Notes under the pieces: model-generated
Databases searched by the model: none
What the model was told of the DNA's origin: nothing
The model's input: the letters and a program-made list of their open reading frames with translations, nothing else
Assembly (NCBI GenBank): GCA_000961765.1
Contig: LADT01000042.1
Coordinates: forward strand, 40,907-104,906
Reading direction: 5' to 3'
DNA: 64,000 bases
From: Clostridiaceae bacterium BRH_c20a
GTDB lineage: Bacteria; Bacillota; Peptococcia; Peptococcales; BICA1-8
Shown here: positions 47,180 to 55,812 of the stretch, one piece after another
How the letters are laid out: each line of letters opens with the position of its first letter
How positions within the stretch are numbered: position 1 is the first letter of the stretch
Made by a program: the position numbers and the translations under genes

Positions 47180-48325
47180 TTAGAAGAACCTTTTTTCTAT
47201 AATCTGGGGACTACGAAAAATATCAGAAGGGTTATTACACCCTAGTAAAGTGAATTGAGCTTTGTTGCCTTCTTGGATGCTAAATCTTTTTACATCAACA
47301 AGGCCCTTGCCGTTTTGGATCAGCATTTGAAAAATATCTGCCTGTTCATCGTCACTATAAAAACGCTGTACATAAGTTAGTAACTGTGCTACTTCAAACA
47401 CATTACCATTACCTAAGGGATTAAATTGGTCCTGTATATTATCAGTACCCAAGCTTACATTAACTCCCGCTAGCAGCAGTTTCTTCACTTCGGTGAGCCG
47501 TCGAGTGGCGATGGCTGTAGGGCAGACAATAACATTAATACCCGCTTTCTTGATGCCTTCAATATCTTTGCTAGCCTCCTCTTCAGAGATAACCGGCAAA
47601 GAACAGCAGTGAATAGCATTTACCCGTCCCTGGTAGCCCTCATTTATAGTCTTTTCGATTAAATAGGGCAGCATATGATCATCAGGTCTACCTGTTTCAT
47701 CTGCATGAAAATCAATGTCCACATCAAAGGCTTTGCCTAGTGCAAAAATAGTATCTATGTGCTCCTTTTTCCTGTCGGCATCCATGCTTGTATGACCGCC
47801 AACGCTGTCAGCACCCATACGTAAGGCTTCTTCAAGGAGCTCTTTAGTTTCCGGGAACCTATTAAAGCCTTCCTGAGAGAAAGCAGTAACGTGGATATCC
47901 ATCATATCCCGGACTTCTGCTTTTAGTTCTAATACAGCCTCAATACCCTTTAAGCCAACCAGAGGGTCCACATCCACATTGGTTCTGATGCCGATCACAC
48001 CGTTTTGTCTAGACATCCTGATAACTTCCCGGGCCCGTTCCTTAATATCCTCTTTGGTAAAGGTTTCTTTTAGCTCCCTGACCCAGCCGGCCCGTACAGG
48101 GGGTGCTTCATCCTGGTACGGTTTTCGTCCAATAATTAAGGATTTATCAATATGGGCATGGGCATTAATTACACCGCTAATCACTATCTTTCCTTGGGCA
48201 TCAAAAACATCACACTGGTTAATGTCAATATTAGCGGCTATCTTTTTGATAATATTATTTTCCACATAAATATCCTGCAGTGTATTACCATCTAGGAGAT
48301 TAGCATTTTTAATAAGCTTGTTCAT
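47180..48325 (-). CDS. Amidohydrolase of the cytosine-deaminase / AtzC (N-isopropylammelide aminohydrolase) / creatinine-deaminase type
   Basis: Start trimmed to MNKLIKNANLL (RBS AGGAGTG). Contains GVINAHAHIDKS, RTNVDVD, VTAFSQEGF, DVDIDFHADE, AIHCCS and SLGTDNIQDQFNPLGNGN. Confidence 0.8.
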   Translation of the reverse strand: MNKLIKNANLLDGNTLQDIYVENNIIKKIAANIDINQCDVFDAQGKIVISGVINAHAHIDKSLIIGRKPYQDEAPPVRAGWVRELKETFTKEDIKERAREVIRMSRQNGVIGIRTNVDVDPLVGLKGIEAVLELKAEVRDMMDIHVTAFSQEGFNRFPETKELLEEALRMGADSVGGHTSMDADRKKEHIDTIFALGKAFDVDIDFHADETGRPDDHMLPYLIEKTINEGYQGRVNAIHCCSLPVISEEEASKDIEGIKKAGINVIVCPTAIATRRLTEVKKLLLAGVNVSLGTDNIQDQFNPLGNGNVFEVAQLLTYVQRFYSDDEQADIFQMLIQNGKGLVDVKRFSIQEGNKAQFTLLGCNNPSDIFRSPQIIEKRFF

Positions 48326-48335
48326 TAAGTCACTC

Positions 48336-49436
48336 CTATTCGGCCTTAACAATAACAGCCAAGAGATTTGCCCCCAGAGGACCTTGGTGCTCGGCTCCTG
48401 CAGAAGCTAAAATCATCGGATCACCGATTAGGGAAGCTACTACAGCATTAGCTACCGCTTTAGCCATAATCCCGGAATAGCCGGCTAAAAAGTCAGTTTT
48501 AATGGTATTTCTCCTGCCTCTGACTGCCCCTACGGAATCAGCCCCGGCGTTAACAAAGATATTAACAACTCTCTGCGCTTCTTCTTTGGAAGGCATACAG
48601 TCAAATTTAAGGCCAGCACTTCTTAAGGCATCTTTAGCTCCTTCTACATCTAGCTGATCCTTCATTACACCGCTGCCCACATAATATTTACTGTTAGATT
48701 TTGAAGAATTACCCATAAGAACTATACGGCAAGCTACCTGTTCGCCACCGGCAGAAGTAGATGCCTTATTTGAATAAAATCCCCAGTTGCTGCAGATATC
48801 TTCCTGCTTTAAAGCTGCAAAGTCAACTTCTCCTAAAGCCACAGCCACACCTAGGGCTGCAGCTCCTTTAGCCAGGCTGCTGGCTTTTCCTAAATCTTCC
48901 GAAACCACGGCTTGGCCCCTGTTTTTAGCATCATTAACCCTAGCGGCAGTCATAGCCGGTAGTTTTACTTCTACACAATGGACATCTTCAACATTATCAA
49001 TACCGGCATCCTGTATTGCCTCTTTAACAGCTTCAGCCACTAATCGCACCTGCTCTAAGGTCCCGTATTCTTCAGGTTTAAGTACCGGTGTGTTGGTAAT
49101 TCCTAAGGCAAAACACTTTTTAGTGTTATCCCCTTTTTCGGCTAGAACCTTCTTGGTAAATACTGTATAATGAGGACTCATAAGACCACCGGTCAAACCG
49201 ATCATCAACATAGGAATTCTATCAAAAACCTCTTGCCTGGTAATTCCCAGTTTTTCAGATAATAGAACCTGAAAAGCCAGAGTGGCATATCCCCTGTCAT
49301 GTCCATCTCCTTCAGTCTGAGCGATAATAGCTGCAATTTCTTCGGGAATAATTTCACCCTGATTAATCATTCTTTCCAACTCAGACACATCACCGGGATG
49401 AGCCATAGGCAATTTGTAAACATTAACATCAAACAT
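48336..49436 (-). CDS. Ring-opening amidohydrolase family protein (cyanuric acid hydrolase AtzD/TrzD / barbiturase family), divergent
   Basis: Start trimmed to MFDVNVYKLP (RBS GGAGGTG). Contains VHCVEVKLPAMT, ASTSAGGE and VRGRRNT, with the C-terminal SAGAEHQGP matching the family signature GGAEHQGP. Confidence 0.8.
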   Translation of the reverse strand: MFDVNVYKLPMAHPGDVSELERMINQGEIIPEEIAAIIAQTEGDGHDRGYATLAFQVLLSEKLGITRQEVFDRIPMLMIGLTGGLMSPHYTVFTKKVLAEKGDNTKKCFALGITNTPVLKPEEYGTLEQVRLVAEAVKEAIQDAGIDNVEDVHCVEVKLPAMTAARVNDAKNRGQAVVSEDLGKASSLAKGAAALGVAVALGEVDFAALKQEDICSNWGFYSNKASTSAGGEQVACRIVLMGNSSKSNSKYYVGSGVMKDQLDVEGAKDALRSAGLKFDCMPSKEEAQRVVNIFVNAGADSVGAVRGRRNTIKTDFLAGYSGIMAKAVANAVVASLIGDPMILASAGAEHQGPLGANLLAVIVKAE

Positions 49437-49575
49437 CAACTGCACCTCCAGAGCTTTTGTTTATATTATTCGTCACAAATATACCATACTACAACCCTTT
49501 GGTCATTGTAATTTATAACCCAAGGAAACCGTAAGCTATTGTGCATCTTGCCCAACTTGGTGCCATTTTAACAAC

Positions 49576-50148
49576 TTATTCTCTGCTGCCAGGTTTATAG
49601 ATGGGTATTCCTTGTTTGCATAAGGGGCAATCATTAGGGTCATAATTATTCATACTTATTGTTACCAAGGAGAAATACGGAACTGTCAGTTTAGCCAAAC
49701 CATTACTACGGTCAACTATAGAGCCTACAGCTAAAACTTCACCTCCCAATCCTTCCACTAAATCAATAACTTCCTGAGAGGAAAGTCCTGTTGTGATGAC
49801 ATCCTCGACCACTAAAACCTTTTGACCAGGTTTAATACTAAACATTCTTCTTAGCTGAGCTTTCCCCTCCACTTTTTCAGTGAAAATACCGGGGACCCCC
49901 AAATAACGAGCAACTTCATAAGCGACTATGATGCCTCCCATGGCAGGGCCAATGACGATATCCGGTTTATCTTGGCAAAAGTGCTCGGCAAGGGTAGTAC
50001 ACACCTTTTCAGATAAATCAGGTTCTTTTAATAGTTGTGCGCACTGTATATACACCTCACTATGTAAGCCGGAACTAAATTTGAAGTGCCCTTCTTTAAA
50101 AGCATCTACCTTTTTCAGCATTTCTAATACTTCATTGGAATCTAACAT
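49576..50148 (-). CDS. pyrE: Orotate phosphoribosyltransferase
   Basis: Start trimmed to MLDSNEVLEMLKK (RBS AGAGGAGA). Contains the PRPP loop VLVVEDVITTGLSS. Confidence 0.85.
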   Translation of the reverse strand: MLDSNEVLEMLKKVDAFKEGHFKFSSGLHSEVYIQCAQLLKEPDLSEKVCTTLAEHFCQDKPDIVIGPAMGGIIVAYEVARYLGVPGIFTEKVEGKAQLRRMFSIKPGQKVLVVEDVITTGLSSQEVIDLVEGLGGEVLAVGSIVDRSNGLAKLTVPYFSLVTISMNNYDPNDCPLCKQGIPIYKPGSRE

Positions 50149-50188
50149 AATTATCCATCTCCTCTTTGTAAATTTTTTATGCTTTAAC

Positions 50189-50296
50189 AAAAAAACCTTT
50201 TATCCAATCGCATAAGACTCCCTCTTCTATAAGCGGGAGATAAGGAATTAGGATAAGTCTCCCTAAGTTCAGGTGGAGTCAAAACTCCATCTGAAC
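50189..50296 (-). promoter_or_regulatory. Structured pyrF-pyrE spacer: a strong hairpin (50267-50296) plus a second composite stem ending in U7 (50189-50245); possible internal attenuator/terminator
   Basis: Minus-strand RNA reads GUUCAGAUGGAGUUUUGACUCCACCUGAAC, then CCUUAUCUCCC...GGGAGUCUUAUGCGAUUGGAUAAAAGG-UUUUUUU. Alternative GGGAG/CUCCC pairings are possible. Confidence 0.3.
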
Positions 50297-50306
50297 AAGT
50301 TCGGCT

Positions 50307-51017
50307 TTATATGGTCACCATTTCAGTGACAATGTCCTTGGCGGCCTGGTTAGGATTAATACTTTTCGTTATAGGTCGTCCTACTACAAGATAATCTGCA
50401 CCCATCTTTATTGCTTCCTGGGGTGTGGTAATCCTTTTTTGATCTTCGAGCAAGGTTCCCCGAGGCCGAACCCCCGGACAAACTGTCATAAATTCCTGAC
50501 CACATACTGTTTTTATTTGATTTGCTTCCTGGGGGGAACAAACTACACCATCCAGACCTGACTTTTGACAAAGCTGGGCTAGATTCATTACTGTTTCTGG
50601 GATAGTATATTTATAGCCTACCTGACTAAAGCTCTCTATATCAAAGCTTGTCAATACTGTAACACCGATTATCAAAGGAACCTTAAACCCGTTATTGAGA
50701 GCAGTATTTTTAACTGTTTCCACCGTAGTGGACATCATTACCCCCCCTCCGGAAGCATGAACATTAAACATATCAACACCTAAGCCCGCCGCCCACTTGG
50801 CAGCCTGGGTAACGGTATTGGGAATATCATGAAACTTTAGGTCCAGGAAAATCTTTTTTTCCTTAGTCTTTAAGTAATCTAGAATCTCCCCTCTGGTATT
50901 TAGAAATAATTCCAATCCTACTTTGTAAAAATTTGCTGCATCATCCAAAACATCAATAAGTTCTTTCGCCTTTGCTAGGCTTGGTACATCTAAGGCCACA
51001 ATTAATCTGTTTTCCAT
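50307..51017 (-). CDS. pyrF: Orotidine-5'-phosphate decarboxylase
   Basis: 236 aa. Contains LIVALDV, FLDLKFHDIPNTV and VVGRPI. Confidence 0.9.
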   Translation of the reverse strand: MENRLIVALDVPSLAKAKELIDVLDDAANFYKVGLELFLNTRGEILDYLKTKEKKIFLDLKFHDIPNTVTQAAKWAAGLGVDMFNVHASGGGVMMSTTVETVKNTALNNGFKVPLIIGVTVLTSFDIESFSQVGYKYTIPETVMNLAQLCQKSGLDGVVCSPQEANQIKTVCGQEFMTVCPGVRPRGTLLEDQKRITTPQEAIKMGADYLVVGRPITKSINPNQAAKDIVTEMVTI

Positions 51018-51075
51018 CTTCTCTCTCCTTTCTTTTGCTTAAGGGATATTTTGAATGTCAGTGTGATGACTAATG

Positions 51076-51113
51076 GGTAAGTCTGCACGACAGTGCTACA
51101 GTGCTACAGAAAA
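51076..51113 (-). repeat. 38-bp element TTTTCTGTAGCACTGTAGCACTGTCGTGCAGACTTACC (minus-strand reading); inverted partner of 54651-54688
   Basis: By direct comparison, 34/38 positions are identical to the plus-strand sequence at 54651-54688. Confidence 0.85.
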
Positions 51114-51185
51114 TGACAGGTTAAGGTTTCGCTTCGCTAGGCTGAGGTTAAGAAGAACCATAAGCAAGTCTGGACACTGAGCACT

Positions 51186-51260
51186 AATCACCAGTCACTA
51201 ATAGACCATAGACCATCGACTATAGACTATAGACTTTACTAGTCACCAGTCACCAGTCAC
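51186..51260. repeat. Short tandem repeats: (GACCATA/GACTATA)x5 at 51204-51238 and (AGTCACC)x3 at 51239-51260
   Basis: Read directly from the sequence. They lie immediately downstream of the carB stop. Confidence 0.8.
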
Positions 51261-51264
51261 TTTA

Positions 51265-54200
51265 CTAATACATCTGCAGCGGTTTGACTCTAATCATTGA
51301 TTCTAAAACCTGAACTATAGCCAAAACTAAATCTAGTGAGGTAAGACAGGGCACGTTGAACTCCACTGCCGCTCTCCGGATTCTAAACCCATCCCGGGCT
51401 GGAATTTTCCCTTTAGTCAAGGTATTGAGGACCAAATCTATTTCCCCTTTTTTAATCACATCAACCACATGGGGACTTCCTTCCTTAATTTTGTTCACTT
51501 CCCTGACCTCTAAGCCATGTTTTCGTAAAAGTTGGGCAGTTCCGCTGGTAGCAACTAAATTAAATCCTAAAGCCTTTAACCTTTTTATACTGGGTAAAGC
51601 CTCTTCTTTATCCTTATCAGCAATAGTTACCAGTACATTTCCCCTGCGGGGAATTACATATCCTGCAGCAATAAGAGCTTTATATAGAGCCTTATTAGGA
51701 TCTTTATCAAGTCCTAAAACCTCTCCAGTAGACTTCATTTCCGGACCTAAGGAGGTTTCTACATCGATAAGCTTACTAAAAGAAAACACCGGCATCTTTA
51801 CTGCTACAAGATCTTTAGCCTTAGCAAGTCCCGGGATATAATCTAATTCCCGTATAGTTTTGCCTAAAATAACCTCAGTTGCGATTTCCATCATAGGAAT
51901 TCCTGTTACTTTGCTTAAATATGGAACAGTCCGACTGGAGCGGGGATTGACCTCAATTACATAAACTTCATCTTCATGAATAACATATTGAATATTTAGT
52001 AACCCCTTAATTTTTAAAGCTATGGCCAGCTTTTCTGTCTTTTCTACCAGCTTATTTACTTCTTCTTCCTTTAAGGACATGGGAGGATATACAGCGGTAC
52101 TATCCCCAGAGTGGACACCAGCCCTTTCAATATGCTCCATTATTCCCGGAATCAAAACCTCGCTGCCATCACAGATGGCGTCTATTTCTACTTCCTTCCC
52201 AGTTAAATACCTATCAACCAGCACAGGATGGTCTGGGGAGATTTTAACAGCATTCGCCAAATACTCCTCTAGTTCCTCTAGTGAATAAACTATCTCCATA
52301 GCTCTTCCCCCCAAAACATAGGAGGGTCTGACTAAGACGGGAAAGCCTAATTGTTCTGCAATATTTTTAGCTTCCTTGACATTTCTGGCTGTTTTACCGG
52401 AAGGTCGGACAATGTTTAGCTCTTCTAAAATTGCTTCAAATTTTTCCCGATCTTCAGCCCCATCAATATTTTCCACTTGAGTGCCCAAAATCCTTATCCC
52501 TGCATCATGTAATGGTCTAGCCAGGTTGATGGCAGTCTGGCCGCCAAATTGGACAATTACACCCAGAGGCTTTTCTTTTTCTATAACATTTAACACGTCC
52601 TCTTTTGTTAAGGGTTCAAAATATAGCCTGTCAGATGTGTCAAAGTCTGTACTTACTGTTTCCGGATTGTTATTAATAACAATAGACTCATAGCCGGCAT
52701 TTCTTAGACCCCAGGCACAATGTACTGAGCAGTAGTCAAACTCTATGCCCTGTCCAATCCGGATGGGACCGCTCCCTAATACCACAACCTTTTTGTTGTT
52801 ATTTGTAGGTTCAACCTCATCTTTTTCATTGTAGCTGGAATAATAGTAGGGGGTAACTGCTTCAAATTCTCCTGCACAGGTATCAACCATTCTAAAAACT
52901 GCCCCAAGCTTTAATTGTTTTCTCAGCTCATATACCTCTTGCTCCGAAACACCCCAAGCCTCTGCAATCTGCAAATCACTAAAGCCTAATTCTTTAGCCT
53001 CTTTGAGTTTTTCACTATCAAATTTATTATTGGGCAGTATTGCTTTTTCCCAATTGACCAGCGTCGCAAATTTATTTAAAAAGAAGACATCAACATCTGT
53101 TAGTTTATGAATTTCTTTTATTAAGTAGCCTCTTCTTAAAGCTTCACCAAGGAGGAACAGTCTCTCATCATCAGGGTAAATGAGTCTTTCTTCAAGCTCC
53201 TCTTTACTGATGCTTTGGAATTGGGGATTTAGTAAACCCTTAACATCTAATTCTAAGGAACGGATTCCTTTCTGTAAAGCCATTTCAAAATTACGTCCTA
53301 TAGCCATAATTTCTCCGGTCGCCTTCATTTGTGAACCTAATTTTCTATTGCCTGATTGGAATTTATCAAAAGGCCAGCGGGGTATTTTGACAACTACATA
53401 ATCTAAAGCCGGCTCAAAAGCCGCTAAAGTTTTATCTGTTACACTATTAGGTATTTCATCTAAAAAATATCCTAAAGCAATCTTAGCCGCAATCTTGGCA
53501 ATTGGATAACCGGTTGCCTTAGAAGCAAGAGCACTAGATCTACTGACCCTGGGATTAACCTCTATCACAATATATTCCAGCTTATTAGGATTTAGGGCAA
53601 ACTGAACATTACAGCCTCCTTCAATCCCTAAAGCCCTAATTATTTTTATTGATGCAGTCCGTAATAGTTGATATTCTACATCCGTTAAGGTTTGACTAGG
53701 AGCTACCACAATACTGTCTCCTGTATGCACACCTACAGCATCAATGTTCTCCATATTACAAATAGTAATACAGGTATCATTGGCATCCCGCATTACTTCG
53801 TATTCTATTTCTTTCCAGCCCTTAACACTCTTTTCAATTAAGAGCTGGTTAATTGCACTATATTTTAAGCCTTTAGCTACAATCTCCTTAAGCTCAGCAT
53901 CAGTATGGGCAAAGCCACCCCCGGAGCCACCTAGGGTATAAGCAGGCCGGACAATAAGGGGATAGCCTATTTCCTCAGCCAAAAGTTTAGCTTCTTCATA
54001 ATTATTGGCAATACCACTCTCTGGTACCGGCTCATCTATTTCCTTTAATAAAGCTTTAAACATTTCCCTGTCTTCCGCTTTTCGGATAGCCTCCAAGGGC
54101 GTTCCTAAAAGTCTAACACCTGCTTTTTCCAAAATTCCGCTTTCCGCTAACTCTTGGGCCAGGTTAAGACCCACCTGTCCGCCTAGAGTGGCTAATAGCC

Positions 54201-54453
54201 CTTGAGGTCGTTCCGCATAAATAATTTCTTCTAAAAACTCTTTAGTTAAGGGCTCAATATATACACGGTCAGCCATGTTTTCATCGGTCATTATGGTGGC
54301 AGGATTGCTGTTTACTAATACTACCTCTATTCCTTCGTCCTTTAAGGCTCGGCAGGCCTGGGTACCAGCATAATCGAATTCCGCCGCCTGCCCGATTATT
54401 ATCGGACCAGAACCGATGACCATTACCTTTTTGATATCTTGACGTTTAGGCAT
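51265..54453 (-). CDS. carB: Carbamoyl-phosphate synthase large subunit
   Basis: 1062 aa from [30 protein letters not shown] (RBS GAAAGGAGA). Duplicated ATP-grasp halves and a C-terminal MGS-like domain. Confidence 0.95.
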   Translation of the reverse strand: MPKRQDIKKVMVIGSGPIIIGQAAEFDYAGTQACRALKDEGIEVVLVNSNPATIMTDENMADRVYIEPLTKEFLEEIIYAERPQGLLATLGGQVGLNLAQELAESGILEKAGVRLLGTPLEAIRKAEDREMFKALLKEIDEPVPESGIANNYEEAKLLAEEIGYPLIVRPAYTLGGSGGGFAHTDAELKEIVAKGLKYSAINQLLIEKSVKGWKEIEYEVMRDANDTCITICNMENIDAVGVHTGDSIVVAPSQTLTDVEYQLLRTASIKIIRALGIEGGCNVQFALNPNKLEYIVIEVNPRVSRSSALASKATGYPIAKIAAKIALGYFLDEIPNSVTDKTLAAFEPALDYVVVKIPRWPFDKFQSGNRKLGSQMKATGEIMAIGRNFEMALQKGIRSLELDVKGLLNPQFQSISKEELEERLIYPDDERLFLLGEALRRGYLIKEIHKLTDVDVFFLNKFATLVNWEKAILPNNKFDSEKLKEAKELGFSDLQIAEAWGVSEQEVYELRKQLKLGAVFRMVDTCAGEFEAVTPYYYSSYNEKDEVEPTNNNKKVVVLGSGPIRIGQGIEFDYCSVHCAWGLRNAGYESIVINNNPETVSTDFDTSDRLYFEPLTKEDVLNVIEKEKPLGVIVQFGGQTAINLARPLHDAGIRILGTQVENIDGAEDREKFEAILEELNIVRPSGKTARNVKEAKNIAEQLGFPVLVRPSYVLGGRAMEIVYSLEELEEYLANAVKISPDHPVLVDRYLTGKEVEIDAICDGSEVLIPGIMEHIERAGVHSGDSTAVYPPMSLKEEEVNKLVEKTEKLAIALKIKGLLNIQYVIHEDEVYVIEVNPRSSRTVPYLSKVTGIPMMEIATEVILGKTIRELDYIPGLAKAKDLVAVKMPVFSFSKLIDVETSLGPEMKSTGEVLGLDKDPNKALYKALIAAGYVIPRRGNVLVTIADKDKEEALPSIKRLKALGFNLVATSGTAQLLRKHGLEVREVNKIKEGSPHVVDVIKKGEIDLVLNTLTKGKIPARDGFRIRRAAVEFNVPCLTSLDLVLAIVQVLESMIRVKPLQMY

Positions 54454-54472
54454 GTGCTTTCTCCTTTCATGC

Positions 54473-54688
54473 TTAAGTGTGTAAGTGTTTAAGTGTTTAA
54501 GTTGAGATGTTGGGTCTGACAATGCTTTGGAGTGGACATTACGCGTCTGACAATACTACTGGGTAAATTTTTTGCGTCTGACAAATACTTTACGGGCATA
54601 CTAGTGCGTCTGACACAGGATTGGTTTGTGCAACATCCGGGTTTTAGTATTTTTCTGTAGCACTGTAGCACTGTCCTGCAGTCTAGCC
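54473..54688 (+). repeat. Repeat-filled carA-carB spacer: (TAAGTGTK)x4 at 54473-54506; four ~31-bp units with core GYGTCTGACA (cores at 54514, 54545, 54576, 54608); 38-bp CTGTAGCAC element at 54651-54688
   Basis: Read directly from the sequence. The spacer is 282 bp, where carA and carB are normally adjacent. Confidence 0.85.
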
Positions 54689-54735
54689 TGTGAGCCGTCA
54701 CACTAACATGCAGTTTATCCTATAAGCCTACACAC

Positions 54736-55812
54736 TTAAGTTTTATTTAGTTTGGCCAGAAATTCTTCAAACAAATATGCCGAATCTTGAGGACCTGGGG
54801 CTGCTTCGGGGTGATACTGTACACTGCCTACCGGCAGTCTTTTATGCCTTAATCCTTCGACCGTGCCATCATTTAGATTAATATGGGTTACTTCTACATC
54901 TTTATTCAGGCTTTCTGAGTCTACAGCAAAGCCATGATTTTGGGAGGTGATATATACCCGACCGGTTTGTAAATCTTTGACTGGATGGTTTCCACCTCGG
55001 TGACCAAATTTTAGTTTATAGGTTTTGCCGCCTAAGGCTAAGCCTAGCAGCTGGTGACCCATGCAAATACCAAACATAGGTATTTTTTGGGGTATTAACC
55101 TTTTAATGGTTTCTACAGCAAAAGCTACATCCTGAGGATCGCCCGGTCCGTTAGAGAGCAAAATCCCATTGGGTTTATGGGCTAATATCTCTTCTGCTTT
55201 TGTATCAGAAGGAACTACTATCACCGTACAGCCCTGTTCCTGTAATTTCCGTATTGAGTTGTTTTTAACACCAAAATCCATTACAACAACCCTTTTAGCC
55301 CCTCCCGGAAGGACATAGCTAAAAGGAGTGCTTACTTCCTTGACCAGCTGCTGTCCCGAGAGGGGTGGTATCCCTTCGGTCATACTTTTGAGCTCTTCTA
55401 TCCCCGTACCATCATTGGCAACTATGCCCGCCATTGTTCCGTGATACCGAAGATGCTTAGTAAGAGTCCGAGTATCTATGCCTTGTATTCCTACTAGTTT
55501 ATGTTCAACCAAAAACGCCTGAAAGCTTTGATTAGCCCGCCAACTACTAGGTTCCTCACAAGCTTCCTTAACTATCACACCCCGCCCGAAAACCTTGCGG
55601 CCTTCCCAGTCGGTAGTATTAGTTCCGTAGTTACCTATTAGGGGATAAGTAAAAGTAATGATTTCCCCAGCATAAGACGGGTCAGTAAGTATCTCTTGAT
55701 AGCCCACCATGCTTGTATTAAATACCACCTCGCCTTGAGTCCTGCCCCTCCAACCCAGGCCTTTTCCAGGGAAAACCGTACCATCTGCTAAGACAAGATA
55801 AGCCTTATTCAT
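54736..55812 (-). CDS. carA: Carbamoyl-phosphate synthase small (glutaminase) subunit
   Basis: Start trimmed to MNKAYLVLADGTVF. Contains the GATase triad Cys in FGICMGHQLL and the HPE tail (VQYHPEA). Confidence 0.95.
   Translation of the reverse strand: MNKAYLVLADGTVFPGKGLGWRGRTQGEVVFNTSMVGYQEILTDPSYAGEIITFTYPLIGNYGTNTTDWEGRKVFGRGVIVKEACEEPSSWRANQSFQAFLVEHKLVGIQGIDTRTLTKHLRYHGTMAGIVANDGTGIEELKSMTEGIPPLSGQQLVKEVSTPFSYVLPGGAKRVVVMDFGVKNNSIRKLQEQGCTVIVVPSDTKAEEILAHKPNGILLSNGPGDPQDVAFAVETIKRLIPQKIPMFGICMGHQLLGLALGGKTYKLKFGHRGGNHPVKDLQTGRVYITSQNHGFAVDSESLNKDVEVTHINLNDGTVEGLRHKRLPVGSVQYHPEAAPGPQDSAYLFEEFLAKLNKT

Noticed and set aside
54454-54522. N-terminal 23-codon extension of carB in the ORF track ([23 protein letters not shown]...)
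   Set aside because: The canonical CarB N-terminus [17 protein letters not shown] starts at 54453 with a GAAAGGAGA RBS, and the extension runs into repeat DNA. Similar trimming was applied to carA, pyrC, pyrE, pyrD-like, DctQ-1, DctP-2, the TAXI SBP, FdrA-2, the M20, the CodA-like gene and the ring-opening amidohydrolase.
54489-54701. 70-aa minus-strand ORF inside the carA-carB spacer
   Set aside because: It is composed entirely of the GTCTGACA and CTGTAGCAC repeat units (hence the repeated VRR / LQCY-type peptides). It has a GTG start without an RBS, so it is an artefact of the repeats.
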